From a bacterium HR24 (GTDB lineage Bacteria; Chloroflexota; Dehalococcoidia; SM23-28-2; HRBIN24): a DNA stretch of 54,853 bases. The stretch spans positions 1-54,853 of the forward strand of contig BEIA01000002.1 of assembly GCA_002898715.1 (NCBI GenBank), written 5' to 3'. Below the pieces are notes generated by a model that ran no database searches, was not told the DNA's origin, and saw only the letters and a program-made list of their open reading frames with translations. Numbering within the stretch: position 1 is the stretch's first letter; each line of letters starts with the position of its first letter. Of this stretch, positions 36,941 through 44,990 are shown in pieces. Made by a program: the position numbers and the translations under genes.

Positions 36941-38641
36941 TTACTCGCTGGCCCCCAGCCGCGGGGGGCATACGGCGCCGCGGGCGGCGGAGTCCACCAG
37001 GGAGGCGTACTTGGCCAGGGCCCCCCAGGGGTAACGGGGGGCAGGCGGCCTCCACGCCTGCCTTCGCCGGGACATCTCCTCGGGCGGCACCCGGGCCTCG
37101 ATGAGGCGGTTGGGCACGTCTATGGTCACCTCGTCGCCGTCCTGCAGCAGGGCGATGGGGCCCCCGGCCATGGCTTCCGGGGCCACGTGGCCCACCATCA
37201 GGCCCCGCGTAGCGCCGGAGAAGCGGCCGTCGGTGATGAGGGCCACCTCCTCGCCCAGGCCCTGGCCCACCAGGGCGGCGGTCACCGCTAACATCTCGCG
37301 CATGCCGGGCCCGCCCCTGGGCCCCTCGTAACGGATGACGACCACATCCCCGGCCTTTATCTGGCGCCGGGAGATGGCGGCGAAGGCGTCCTCTTCCGAA
37401 TCGAAGACGCGGGCCGGCCCCGTGTGCACCAGGTGTCGCACCCCGGCCGTCTTCACCACTGCCCCGTCGGGCGCCAGGTTGCCCCGCAGGATGCAGATGG
37501 TCCCGGTGGGGCTGATGGGGTCTTGCAGGGGGCGCACCACGTCCTGGTCCAGGTCGGGTACCTCTATCTGGGCCAGGTTCTCGCGCACGGTGCGGCCCGT
37601 CACCGTCAGGCAGTCGCCGTCGATGAGGCCGCCCTCCAGCAGGGCCTTCATCACCCTGGGGATGCCTCCCACCCGGTGCAGGTCGAGCATGACGTAGCGG
37701 CCGCCAGGGCGCATGTCGGCGATGTGGGGGGTGCGCCGGGCGATGCGGTCGAAGTCGTCCAGCGTCAGCTCCACCCCTGCCTCGCGAGCGATGGCCAGCA
37801 GGTGCAGGACGGCGTTGGTGGAGCCGCCCACGGCCGCGTCCACGGCGATGGCGTTGAGGAAGGCGTTGCGGGTGAGGATGTCCCGCGGGCGTATCTCCAT
37901 CTCCAGGAGGCGCATGACCGCCTCGCCGCTCTGCCGGGCTACCTGGTCGCGCTCGGGGGAGGGGGCCGGGGGCGAGGCGCTGCCGGGCAGGGCGATGCCC
38001 AGTGCCTCCATGGCCGCGGCCATAGTGTTGGCGGTGTACATGCCGGCGCAGGATCCCTCGCTGGGGCAGGCGGAGCACTCCAGTTCGTAGAGGTCCCGGT
38101 CGGAGATCTGGCCAGCGGCGTAGGCGCCCACCGCCTCGAACACGTCCTGGATGGTGACGTCCCGCCCGTGGTAGCGGCCGGGCATGATGGTGCCGCCGTA
38201 GACGAAGACGGCGGGCACGTTGAGGCGCGCCATAGCCATAGCCATGCCCGGCAGGGACTTGTCGCAGCCAGCGATGGCCACCAGGGCGTCGTACTGGTGG
38301 GCGTGGACCATGAGCTCTACGCTGTCGGCGATGATCTCCCTGGAGACCAGGGACGCCTTCATGCCCTGGTGGCCCATGGCGATGCCGTCGGAGACAGCGA
38401 TGGTGACGAACTCCCTGGGGGTGCCCCCGGTGGCGCGGACGCCCTCCTTGGCGGCCTTGGCCAGCCGGTCCAGGTGCAGGTTGCAGGGGGTGGCCTCGTT
38501 CCAGGAGGAGGCGACGCCGACGAAGGGACGGTAGATGTCCTCGTCCTTAAGGCCCATGGCCCGATACATGGCCCGGTGGGGCGCCCACTGAGGCCCCGTC
38601 TTGACGGCATCGCTACGGTAGCGTCGCTGGCCGCTGGTCAT
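36941..38641 (-). CDS. ilvD: dihydroxy-acid dehydratase
   Basis: 566-aa ORF with [33 protein letters not shown] and the ILRGNLAP region. Confidence 0.95.
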   Translation of the reverse strand: MTSGQRRYRSDAVKTGPQWAPHRAMYRAMGLKDEDIYRPFVGVASSWNEATPCNLHLDRLAKAAKEGVRATGGTPREFVTIAVSDGIAMGHQGMKASLVSREIIADSVELMVHAHQYDALVAIAGCDKSLPGMAMAMARLNVPAVFVYGGTIMPGRYHGRDVTIQDVFEAVGAYAAGQISDRDLYELECSACPSEGSCAGMYTANTMAAAMEALGIALPGSASPPAPSPERDQVARQSGEAVMRLLEMEIRPRDILTRNAFLNAIAVDAAVGGSTNAVLHLLAIAREAGVELTLDDFDRIARRTPHIADMRPGGRYVMLDLHRVGGIPRVMKALLEGGLIDGDCLTVTGRTVRENLAQIEVPDLDQDVVRPLQDPISPTGTICILRGNLAPDGAVVKTAGVRHLVHTGPARVFDSEEDAFAAISRRQIKAGDVVVIRYEGPRGGPGMREMLAVTAALVGQGLGEEVALITDGRFSGATRGLMVGHVAPEAMAGGPIALLQDGDEVTIDVPNRLIEARVPPEEMSRRRQAWRPPAPRYPWGALAKYASLVDSAARGAVCPPRLGASE

Positions 38642-38659
38642 GGCCTGTCCTCCCGATTT

Positions 38660-38686
38660 AAAAAGCCCCGACCCCGAAGGGACGGG
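38660..38686 (-). terminator. intrinsic terminator of the T-box expression platform (module 2)
   Basis: The minus strand reads CCCGUCCC-UUCG-GGGUCGGG followed by GCUUUUUAAA. It lies 20 nt upstream of the ilvD SD GGGAGGA. Confidence 0.7.
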
Positions 38687-38735
38687 ACTGTCGTCCGCGC
38701 GGTACCACCCTTCCTCCCCAGGCCACTAATGGAAC

Positions 38736-38768
38736 GTCCCGCCCTGAAGGGACCCCGCAGGGCGGGAC
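38736..38768 (-). terminator. strong hairpin following the first T-box core (module 1); weak U tail
   Basis: An 11-bp perfect stem GUCCCGCCCUG / CAGGGCGGGAC with an 11-nt loop, followed by GUUCCAUUAGU. Its 5' arm overlaps the module-1 antiterminator. Confidence 0.4.
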
Positions 38769-39000
38769 GGTACCACCCTTCTTCCTCAAGCGGTGTGGCC
38801 TGAGGCCCTCTGGCGCGCTAACGGGCGCACCCGTCCCGACCTACTCGGTCTCCCCTTTCGGCCGGGAGGCTCCGGGGCGAGTTCGGGGCGTCCTTACCGC
38901 CGGGCTTGCACCGTCCCCGGCTCGCTGGAGGCAGGCCCCGCCCTTACTGCTCCCCTTCTCCGCCTTTCCCTGACCTTTTTCTGACGCGGTTCAATCTCCT

Positions 39001-39029
39001 AGTCTAGTCATCCCTCTCAGCACTGTCAA
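39001..39029 (-). promoter_or_regulatory. promoter of the ilv-leu operon, TTGACA-17-TAGACT
   Basis: The minus strand reads caTTGACAgtgctgagagggatgacTAGACTagg. Confidence 0.6.
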
Positions 39030-39084
39030 TGGCACCCCGCGGGCAGTTGGCATGGGCGGGCGCATCGGCTTACACTGAAGGCGC

Positions 39085-39348
39085 ATGAAGGCCAGGGTCC
39101 TGCTCTTCGCCCGCCTCAAAGATCTGGCCGGCGTCAGCGAGGCCGAGGTCGAGATCGGCGAGGGCCTTACCGCCGCCGACGTTTTTCGCCTGCTCCAGGG
39201 CCTCTACCCGGGCCTGGCGAGCTACGACGCGCCCCTGGCCTATGCCGTCAATGCCCGCTACGTGTCTCCGGAGCACCCGGTGCGGGACGGGGACGAGGTG
39301 GCCTTCATCCCTCCTGTATCCGGAGGGGGAACATGCACATCGAGGTGA
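39085..39348 (+). CDS. moaD: molybdopterin synthase sulfur-carrier subunit MoaD, with 6 residues after the Gly-Gly
   Basis: 87-aa ORF with a ubiquitin-like MoaD/ThiS pattern ...DGDEVAFIPPVSGG, followed by GTCTSR before the stop. It overlaps moaE by 16 nt. Confidence 0.8.
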   Translation: MKARVLLFARLKDLAGVSEAEVEIGEGLTAADVFRLLQGLYPGLASYDAPLAYAVNARYVSPEHPVRDGDEVAFIPPVSGGGTCTSR

Positions 39349-39758
39349 CGGCCGAGCCGCTGGACCCACAGCGGGCCGTGGAGCTGGTGCGGCGCGACGA
39401 TGCCGGCGCTGTGGTCGTTTTCCTGGGCGTGGTACGGGACCACAACCTGGGCCGTCGGGTCCTGTATCTGGAATATGACGCCTACCCCGAGATGGCCCGG
39501 CGCGTGATGCGCGAGCTGGCCGAGGAGGCCATGGGCCGCTGGCCTATCGTGGACGTGGCCGTCCTGCACCGCATCGGCCACCTGGAGGTGGGCGAGACGT
39601 CGCTGCTGGTGGCCGTATCCTCGCCCCATCGGGCCGAGGCGTTCGATGCCGCCCACTGGCTGGTGGACAGGCTCAAGGAACGGGCGCCCATCTGGAAGAA
39701 GGAGGTCTTCGAGGGGGGCGAGGAGTGGATCGAGGGGGAGCTGCCCTCGCCCAGGTGA
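39333..39758 (+). CDS. moaE: molybdopterin synthase catalytic subunit MoaE
   Basis: 141-aa ORF with GAVVVFLGVVRDHN...LEYDAYPEMA...LHRIGHLEVGETSLLVAVSSPHRAEAF...APIWKKE. Confidence 0.9.
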   Translation: MHIEVTAEPLDPQRAVELVRRDDAGAVVVFLGVVRDHNLGRRVLYLEYDAYPEMARRVMRELAEEAMGRWPIVDVAVLHRIGHLEVGETSLLVAVSSPHRAEAFDAAHWLVDRLKERAPIWKKEVFEGGEEWIEGELPSPR

Positions 39759-39762
39759 GCCC

Positions 39763-40302
39763 GTGTCCTACCACCATCCCCCGCCGCTGCCCCGCTTCTG
39801 CCCCTACTGCGCCGGGCCCCTGACGGAGCGCTGGGTGGAAGCGGAGGAGCGGCCGCGCCTCGTCTGCCCCCAGGGCCACATCACTTACCTCAACCCCAAG
39901 GTTATCGTCAGCGTCATCGTCGAGGAGGACGACAGGGTGCTGTTGCTGCGCCGCGGCATCGAGCCCCGTCGCGGCTACTGGACCTTCCCGGGCGGGTACA
40001 TGGAGATAGACGAGTCGGTAGAGGAGTGCGCCCTGCGCGAGTCCCGCGAGGAGACTGGCCTGGAGATGGAGTTGCTGGGGCTGGTAGGCATCTTTTCGCG
40101 CCCGGCGCCCGCCGGCCCGGGCATCGTCTCCATCGTTTTCCGGGGGCGGGTTCGCGGCGGCCAGCTCAGGCCCAACCACGAGGTGCTGGAGGCCCGCTTC
40201 GTCCCTACCGATGCCATCCCCTGGGAGGAGCTGGCCTACGACACCACTCGCCAGGCGCTGGAGGCCTACCTGGCCCAGCGCCAGTCCTCGCTGTCCCGCT
40301 AG
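39763..40302 (+). CDS. NUDIX hydrolase with N-terminal zinc ribbon
   Basis: Start set at the GTG (VSYHHPPP...). The zinc ribbon reads CPYCAGPL...CPQGH. The Nudix box is GGYMEIDESVEECALRESREETGL. Confidence 0.8.
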   Translation: MSYHHPPPLPRFCPYCAGPLTERWVEAEERPRLVCPQGHITYLNPKVIVSVIVEEDDRVLLLRRGIEPRRGYWTFPGGYMEIDESVEECALRESREETGLEMELLGLVGIFSRPAPAGPGIVSIVFRGRVRGGQLRPNHEVLEARFVPTDAIPWEELAYDTTRQALEAYLAQRQSSLSR

Positions 40303-41690
40303 GGGCGGGGCCGACGCCCTGGGCCCGCCTCTCGTCCCTCGTCGTAGAACTGGAAGCGGCCCATGGGCAGCACCGTGCTCACCTGGGGGTCGGTGAGACG
40401 CGCCCGCACCTTGGGCTCCAGTTGGGAGGCGGTCAGGTTGGTGGTGATGACGGTGGGGAGCAGGGAGTTGTAGCGGTGGTTGATGAGCTGGTAGAGCTTC
40501 TCCTCCGCCCAGGAGGTGGCGGTGTGGGAGCCCAGATCATCCAGGATGAGCAGGGGGGCGGTGCGCACGGCCTCGAAGGTGTCATCGTAGGCCAGGCCGT
40601 GCCGGGGGTCGAAGGTAGAGCGGAGGTAGTCCAGCAGGTCGGGCACCACCAGAAAGAGGACGGGCCGCCCCCGCTGGCGGCAGTAGTTGCCGATGGCGGC
40701 CGCCAGGCGTGTCTTGCCCTTGCCCGGCGGGCCGGCCAGCACCAGCCAGTCCCGCGGCTCGCGGGCGAAGCGCATGGCCTGGCGCTTGGCCTCGCGCAGC
40801 AGCCTCAGCTCCTCCTGGTCGCGGGCGATGCGGGCCGGGTCGAAGCCCTCGAAGGTCATGGTGCGCAGGAGGGGCGTGCCCAGTCGGTCGATGCGCTCCA
40901 GCCCGCCCAGCCCCCATTCGCCCAGCACGTGCACCTGCGAGAGGGCCGGGTCGCAGAGGCGAGTCCGCAGCCGCGGCTCCAGTTGCTCCGGCGGCACCGC
41001 CAGGGTGACCACGGTGGGCATCTGCCCGGCAAAGCGGTAGTTGACGAGCTGATAGAGCTTCTCCTCGGCCCAGGGGGTGGAGGAGTGGCCGCCCAGGTCG
41101 TCCAGCACCAGCAGGGGGACGGAGCGTAGCTGCTCGAACAGCTCGTCATACGGGGTCTCGGCGTCGGGGCGGTAGGCGGAGCGCAGGTGGTCCAGCAGGT
41201 CCGGCACGGCCATGAACAGGGCCATCGTCCCGCGCTCGATGCAGCGGTTGGCCACGGCAGCGGCGATGTGGGTCTTGCCGCAGCCGCTGGGGCCGGCCAG
41301 AACCAGGAAGCCGTGGGGCTCCTCGGCGTAGCGGCGGGCGGCCTCCACCGCTTGAGCGTAGCGCCGCGCCTGGGGCGGCTCCAGGCCGCGGCCCTCGGGC
41401 TGGAGGTTATCGAAAGTCAGGCGCAGGTAGAAGCGCAGGTTGGAGAAGCGCTGCAGGCGCTGGCGGCGGGCCTCGGCGTCCTCTTCCAGGGTGCAGCGGC
41501 AGGGAAAGGCCTTGCCGAAATCAGGGTGGCCCAGGGGCACGGCCTTGCGCACCATCCCGGCGCCGCCGCACTGGGGGCAGGCGGCTGCCTCCTCTTCCTC
41601 AGATCTCGGCGCTGTAGGGCCTTCGTCGCTTGCCGCGTCGGTAGCGTTCCTCCAGCCAGCCGACCTCAAGATCTCGTCCAGGCGCTTCAT
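40299..41690 (-). CDS. DnaC/DnaI-like helicase loader with N-terminal Cys motif and TWO tandem AAA+ (IstB/DnaC-type) modules
   Basis: 463-aa ORF. The ATG at 41690 is preceded by GGAGGGG 7 nt upstream. The N-terminal Cys motif is CPQCGGAG...CRC. Module 1 has GPSGCGKT and LLVLDDLG. Module 2 has GPPGKGKT, LLILDDLG and VITTN. Confidence 0.8.
   Translation of the reverse strand: MKRLDEILRSAGWRNATDAASDEGPTAPRSEEEEAAACPQCGGAGMVRKAVPLGHPDFGKAFPCRCTLEEDAEARRQRLQRFSNLRFYLRLTFDNLQPEGRGLEPPQARRYAQAVEAARRYAEEPHGFLVLAGPSGCGKTHIAAAVANRCIERGTMALFMAVPDLLDHLRSAYRPDAETPYDELFEQLRSVPLLVLDDLGGHSSTPWAEEKLYQLVNYRFAGQMPTVVTLAVPPEQLEPRLRTRLCDPALSQVHVLGEWGLGGLERIDRLGTPLLRTMTFEGFDPARIARDQEELRLLREAKRQAMRFAREPRDWLVLAGPPGKGKTRLAAAIGNYCRQRGRPVLFLVVPDLLDYLRSTFDPRHGLAYDDTFEAVRTAPLLILDDLGSHTATSWAEEKLYQLINHRYNSLLPTVITTNLTASQLEPKVRARLTDPQVSTVLPMGRFQFYDEGREAGPGRRPRP
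40350..41429 (-). repeat. intragenic tandem duplication of about 185 codons (two DnaC-type AAA+ modules; approx. 40917-41429 and 40350-40862)
   Basis: In an ungapped hand alignment of GFLVLAGPSGCGKT...RTRLCDP with DWLVLAGPPGKGKT...RARLTDP, 68 of 122 positions are identical. Confidence 0.8.
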
Positions 41691-42300
41691 GGCTCGGCCC
41701 CTCCACTTCCCAGCGTCGCAGTATGGCCTTGATATAGCGCCAGCTCCGCTTGTTCATCTCCACCGCCTCGCGGAAGGCGGCCTCGATCCAGCTCCAGGGA
41801 TAGCGCTCCTCGGCCTGGCGCAGTTCCTCGGCGATGAGGGGGGTGATGGTGCCGATGTTGTCCTCGTAGAGGCGGAAGATGCTGGAAGGCAGTCCCCCGC
41901 CGGCGGGGGCGGCCTCGCGCAGGCTCAGGGTGCGGAGGGCGCGGCGGTTGGCGGGCGTGTTCAGGGCGTAGTGGGCGGCGCCCTCGGCGTCCTCGGCCCG
42001 CAGGAGGGTGCCGCGCTGCACGGCCAGCGCCAGCCCCTGGCGGATGGCCTCGGCCGGATCGGAGCTGTGACGGGACATGGCCTGCAGCAGCAGGGGGTCA
42101 GTCGTGAGCTCCGCTTCCGAGAGCACCCTCACCGTGCCTCGCTTCCGCCCCTGGGCGAAGAAGAAATAGACGCTGACCACCAGCTCCTCTACCCGTTCGA
42201 TGGACGGCAGCACCTGGGTGAAGAAGGGGTTGGGCACGGCAACTGCCAGGCTGCCGGGGGTGAAGCCAGAGAAGGGCCGCACCGGCTCCTGCTGGGCCAT
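41599..42300 (-). CDS. DnaD-domain replication/primosome protein (DnaD/DnaB_2-like)
   Basis: Start moved to the ATG (MAQQEPVRPF). The C-terminal SIFRLYEDNIGTITPLIAEELRQAEERYPWSWIEAAFREAVEMNKRSWRYIKAILRRWEVEG matches the DnaD C-terminal domain pattern. Its 3' end overlaps the loader gene by 92 nt. Confidence 0.7.
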   Translation of the reverse strand: MAQQEPVRPFSGFTPGSLAVAVPNPFFTQVLPSIERVEELVVSVYFFFAQGRKRGTVRVLSEAELTTDPLLLQAMSRHSSDPAEAIRQGLALAVQRGTLLRAEDAEGAAHYALNTPANRRALRTLSLREAAPAGGGLPSSIFRLYEDNIGTITPLIAEELRQAEERYPWSWIEAAFREAVEMNKRSWRYIKAILRRWEVEGPSHEAPGRDLEVGWLEERYRRGKRRRPYSAEI

Positions 42301-42314
42301 GCCTCTTCCCCTCG

Positions 42315-43739
42315 CTAGGCCTGGGGCTCCCAGGCCTCTGGCTCCTGGACCAGCAAGTCCTCGAAGCGGGCGAACTTCTGCCGGAAACGAAGGTGCACGG
42401 TGGCCGTGGGGCCGTTGCGGTGCTTGGCGACGATGATCTGGGCGTCCTCGGCCGGGTAGGCCTTGCCGGGCTTGTCCTTGTGCATCTCCTCCCACTCTTC
42501 CCGGCGCACGTAGGCCGCCTCGCGGTAGATGAACATCACCACGTCCGCATCCTGCTCGATGCTGCCGGACTCGCGCAGATCCGAGAGCTGGGGCACATGG
42601 CTGGCCCGCACGTCGGCGGCCCGCGAGAGCTGGGCAGCGGCCACCACCGGCACGTCCAGGTCGCGGGCCAGGGCCTTCAGGGCGCGGGAGACGTAGGAAA
42701 CTTCCTGTACCCGGTTCTCGAGCCGGACGTCGGGGCGCACCAGCTGCAGGTAGTCGACCATCACCATGTCCAGGCCCCGCTCCATCTGCAGGCGGCGGGC
42801 CTTGGCGCGCATCTCGGCCACTGCCAGCACGGGCGAGTCGTCGATGTAGATGGCCGCCTCGGCCAGCCTGGAGATGGCACGGGCGATGAGGCGCTCGTCC
42901 CGGTCGGAGATGACCCCGGCGCCGATGCGGGCCGAGTCCACCCCCGATTCCATGGCCAGGAGCCGCTGGGCCAGTTGCTCTGCCGCCATCTCCAGGCTGA
43001 AGATGGCCACCACCGCCCGCTGTCGCAGGGCAGCGTTGCGGGCGAAGTTCAGGAGCAGCGAGGTCTTGCCGAGGCCGGTGCGCGCCGCCACCACGATGAG
43101 CTCGGAGCGTCGCAGCCCGCCCAGGAGCAGAGTGTCCAGGTCCATGTAGCCGGTGGTGATGGCCCGGGCCTCGGCGGCAACGGGCCCGGTGAGGGCGGCC
43201 TGCGTCCGCTGCCAGCCCTCCAGCACCTCCGACAGGTGCACGAAGTCGCGCACCTCCTGCACCTGGCGCACGGCGGCGATGCGGGCCTCGGCCCGGGCCA
43301 GCACGCGGGCGATGTCGGGGTCGTCGGCGCGGTAGGCCTCCTGGGCGATCTCTTGGGCGGCCTGGAGCAGCCGCCGGTAGACCGAGTCACGCTGCACGAT
43401 GCGGGCATAGTGCTCGGCTACCAGGGGCGTGGGCAGCTCGGCCACCAGTTGGGACAGGTAGGCGGTGCCGCCCGCCTGGTCCAGCAGGCCGCGACGGGCC
43501 AGCTCGTGGGCCACCGTGACCTGGTTCACGGCCTCGCCGCGCTGCCAGAGGTCGCGACAGGCCTCGTAGATCCAGCGGTGCTCGTCGCGGAAGAAGTCCT
43601 CGGGCGTGAGAATGGTGACGACCCGATAGATGGCCTCCGGGTCCACCATCAGTGAGGCCACTACCGCTTTCTCGGCGTCCAGGTCGTGGGGCGGCAGCTT
43701 CTCCGCCGTTACCAACCCGTCGGTGCCCCCTCTCGTCAC
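42315..43739 (-). CDS. dnaB: replicative DNA helicase DnaB
   Basis: 474-aa ORF with [20 protein letters not shown], Walker [10 protein letters not shown] and [14 protein letters not shown]. The GTG start overlaps the rplI stop. Confidence 0.95.
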   Translation of the reverse strand: MTRGGTDGLVTAEKLPPHDLDAEKAVVASLMVDPEAIYRVVTILTPEDFFRDEHRWIYEACRDLWQRGEAVNQVTVAHELARRGLLDQAGGTAYLSQLVAELPTPLVAEHYARIVQRDSVYRRLLQAAQEIAQEAYRADDPDIARVLARAEARIAAVRQVQEVRDFVHLSEVLEGWQRTQAALTGPVAAEARAITTGYMDLDTLLLGGLRRSELIVVAARTGLGKTSLLLNFARNAALRQRAVVAIFSLEMAAEQLAQRLLAMESGVDSARIGAGVISDRDERLIARAISRLAEAAIYIDDSPVLAVAEMRAKARRLQMERGLDMVMVDYLQLVRPDVRLENRVQEVSYVSRALKALARDLDVPVVAAAQLSRAADVRASHVPQLSDLRESGSIEQDADVVMFIYREAAYVRREEWEEMHKDKPGKAYPAEDAQIIVAKHRNGPTATVHLRFRQKFARFEDLLVQEPEAWEPQA

Positions 43740-44245
43740 TGCTCGGCCGCCTCCTGGGCGGGAGTGGGCGCCTCTTCTTCCGCTTCTGCCTTGCCGCCCA
43801 GGGGAGTCACCTCCACCGTGACCTGGGCCTGGACGTTGCGGGTGAGGCGCAGCGACACGGGGAAGGAGCCCACCTCGCGGATGGGCTCGCCCAGGAGCAC
43901 CTGGCGGTGGTCCAGCTCCACGCCCGCCTGCTCTTTGAGGGCCTCAGCGATGTCCAGGGCGGTGACGGAGCCGAAGAGCTTGCCCTGCTCGCCCACTCGC
44001 ACCTCGATGCGCAAGGTGCGCCCTTCCAGCCTGGGCAGGAGCTTCTCCTGGGCCTCCTGGTCGAGCCTGGCCTGGCGGCGGGCCTCCTTCTCGGCCTTAG
44101 CGCGGGCCATGCTCACGTAATGGGGCGTGGCGGGCGCGGCCAGCTTGCGGGGGAACAGGTAGTTGCGGGCGTAGCCGTCGGCCACCTCCTTGACGTCGCC
44201 GACCCGTGCCTTCCCTTCCACTTCCTCCAGGAACACGACCTTCAT
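43736..44245 (-). CDS. rplI: 50S ribosomal protein L9
   Basis: Start moved to [36 protein letters not shown], with GGGAGG upstream. Confidence 0.93.
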   Translation of the reverse strand: MKVVFLEEVEGKARVGDVKEVADGYARNYLFPRKLAAPATPHYVSMARAKAEKEARRQARLDQEAQEKLLPRLEGRTLRIEVRVGEQGKLFGSVTALDIAEALKEQAGVELDHRQVLLGEPIREVGSFPVSLRLTRNVQAQVTVEVTPLGGKAEAEEEAPTPAQEAAEQ

Positions 44246-44401
44246 GGGCTGCCTCCCTCGTATGGTAGTGGGGCCGGGCCTCCCGCCGCTAAGAGGAGGG
44301 GTCGGCCCCTTCTCCAGAACCTTTTCACGCCAATCCACAAGGGTAAGTGCCCCCCGGCCGCCCGTCCAGCGCCGCCGAATCCTAGAACATCTGCTCTAAT
44401 T

Positions 44402-44911
44402 CTAGCGGCCGGGCCCGGGCATGGCAAGGCCCCGCCTGTCCGCCTCCCGCTCGGGAAGCGGGCGCAACGCCGCCGGCGGCCACAGGCGCAGCCAGGCCCG
44501 TCCCAGCAGGACGCGCCTGTCCACCGGCCCGTGGTGGCGGCTGTCGCGCCCCACGTCGGCGGCGAGGCTGAGAAGAAAATAGCGGCCCGGGCCCAGCCGC
44601 CGCCCGGGGGGCGGCTCCCCCTGCGCCCCCGTGGCCTCCAGCGGCTGCCCGTTTACCCAGACCATCGCTCCCTGCACGGCTATCGTGTCGCCGGGGGCGG
44701 CCGCCACCAGCTTGAGCACTGGCATGCCGCCCAGCCGGGCCAGGGCTATTTCGCCGCGGCGAGGGGGGCGCAGGCGGTAGCTGAGCACGTCCACCAGCAC
44801 CAGTTGCCCGTGGCGCAGGAGGGGGTACATGCTCCAGCCGGCCACCCGCACCGGGCGCAGGCACAGGAGGGCGAAAAGGATAGCGGCGGCGAAAGCGACC
44901 GGCAGGGCCAT
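44402..44911 (-). CDS. sodX: S26-family signal-peptidase-like Ni-SOD maturation protease (SodX-like)
   Basis: Start moved to MALPVAFAAAILF. The catalytic-Ser motif is GWSMYPLL. It is divergently adjacent to sodN. Confidence 0.8.
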   Translation of the reverse strand: MALPVAFAAAILFALLCLRPVRVAGWSMYPLLRHGQLVLVDVLSYRLRPPRRGEIALARLGGMPVLKLVAAAPGDTIAVQGAMVWVNGQPLEATGAQGEPPPGRRLGPGRYFLLSLAADVGRDSRHHGPVDRRVLLGRAWLRLWPPAALRPLPEREADRRGLAMPGPGR

Positions 44912-44990
44912 GGGCGGCGGTCTAGCCCCGCCTGGGGGGCCTGTAGTAAATTTGAGGGTAGCGAGACCGTCGACGCAAGGAGGGGGAGCT

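Larger units (their letters stand above)
38645..38995 (-). promoter_or_regulatory. T-box riboswitch leader, Leu specifier (CUC), controlling the ilv-leu operon; contains two T-box core motifs
   Basis: On the minus strand, Stem I elements are AGUA, AGCGA (AG bulge) and GGUGCAA (distal loop). The specifier loop is GAA-CUC-G (fwd 38879-38881). An F-box-like CCCGUUA follows. The T-box cores GGGUGGUACCG lie at fwd 38769-38778 and 38701-38710. Confidence 0.85.

Noticed and set aside
38701-38778. The two T-box core motifs interpreted as a classical tandem pair of complete T-box riboswitches.
   Set aside because: Only about 25 nt lie between the end of hairpin 1 and the second core, so there is no room for a second Stem I or specifier loop. 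I report it instead as a duplicated expression platform.
39085-39758. moaD and moaE as a frameshifted MoaD-MoaE fusion gene.
   Set aside because: moaE has its own ATG with a well-spaced SD. The two frames differ (the offset of 248 nt leaves a remainder of 2 when divided by 3). Overlapping separate genes are the simpler reading. The C-terminal extension of MoaD is reported as a finding instead.
44246-44401. A 156-nt spacer between sodX and rplI, containing the inverted repeat CTAGAA-N12-TTCTAG and a small GGGG-CCGA-CCCC hairpin. I considered it as a possible ncRNA or terminator.
   Set aside because: The stems are short, there is no U tract and no recognisable RNA family signature. It is most likely just the sodX 3' end and the rplI promoter region.
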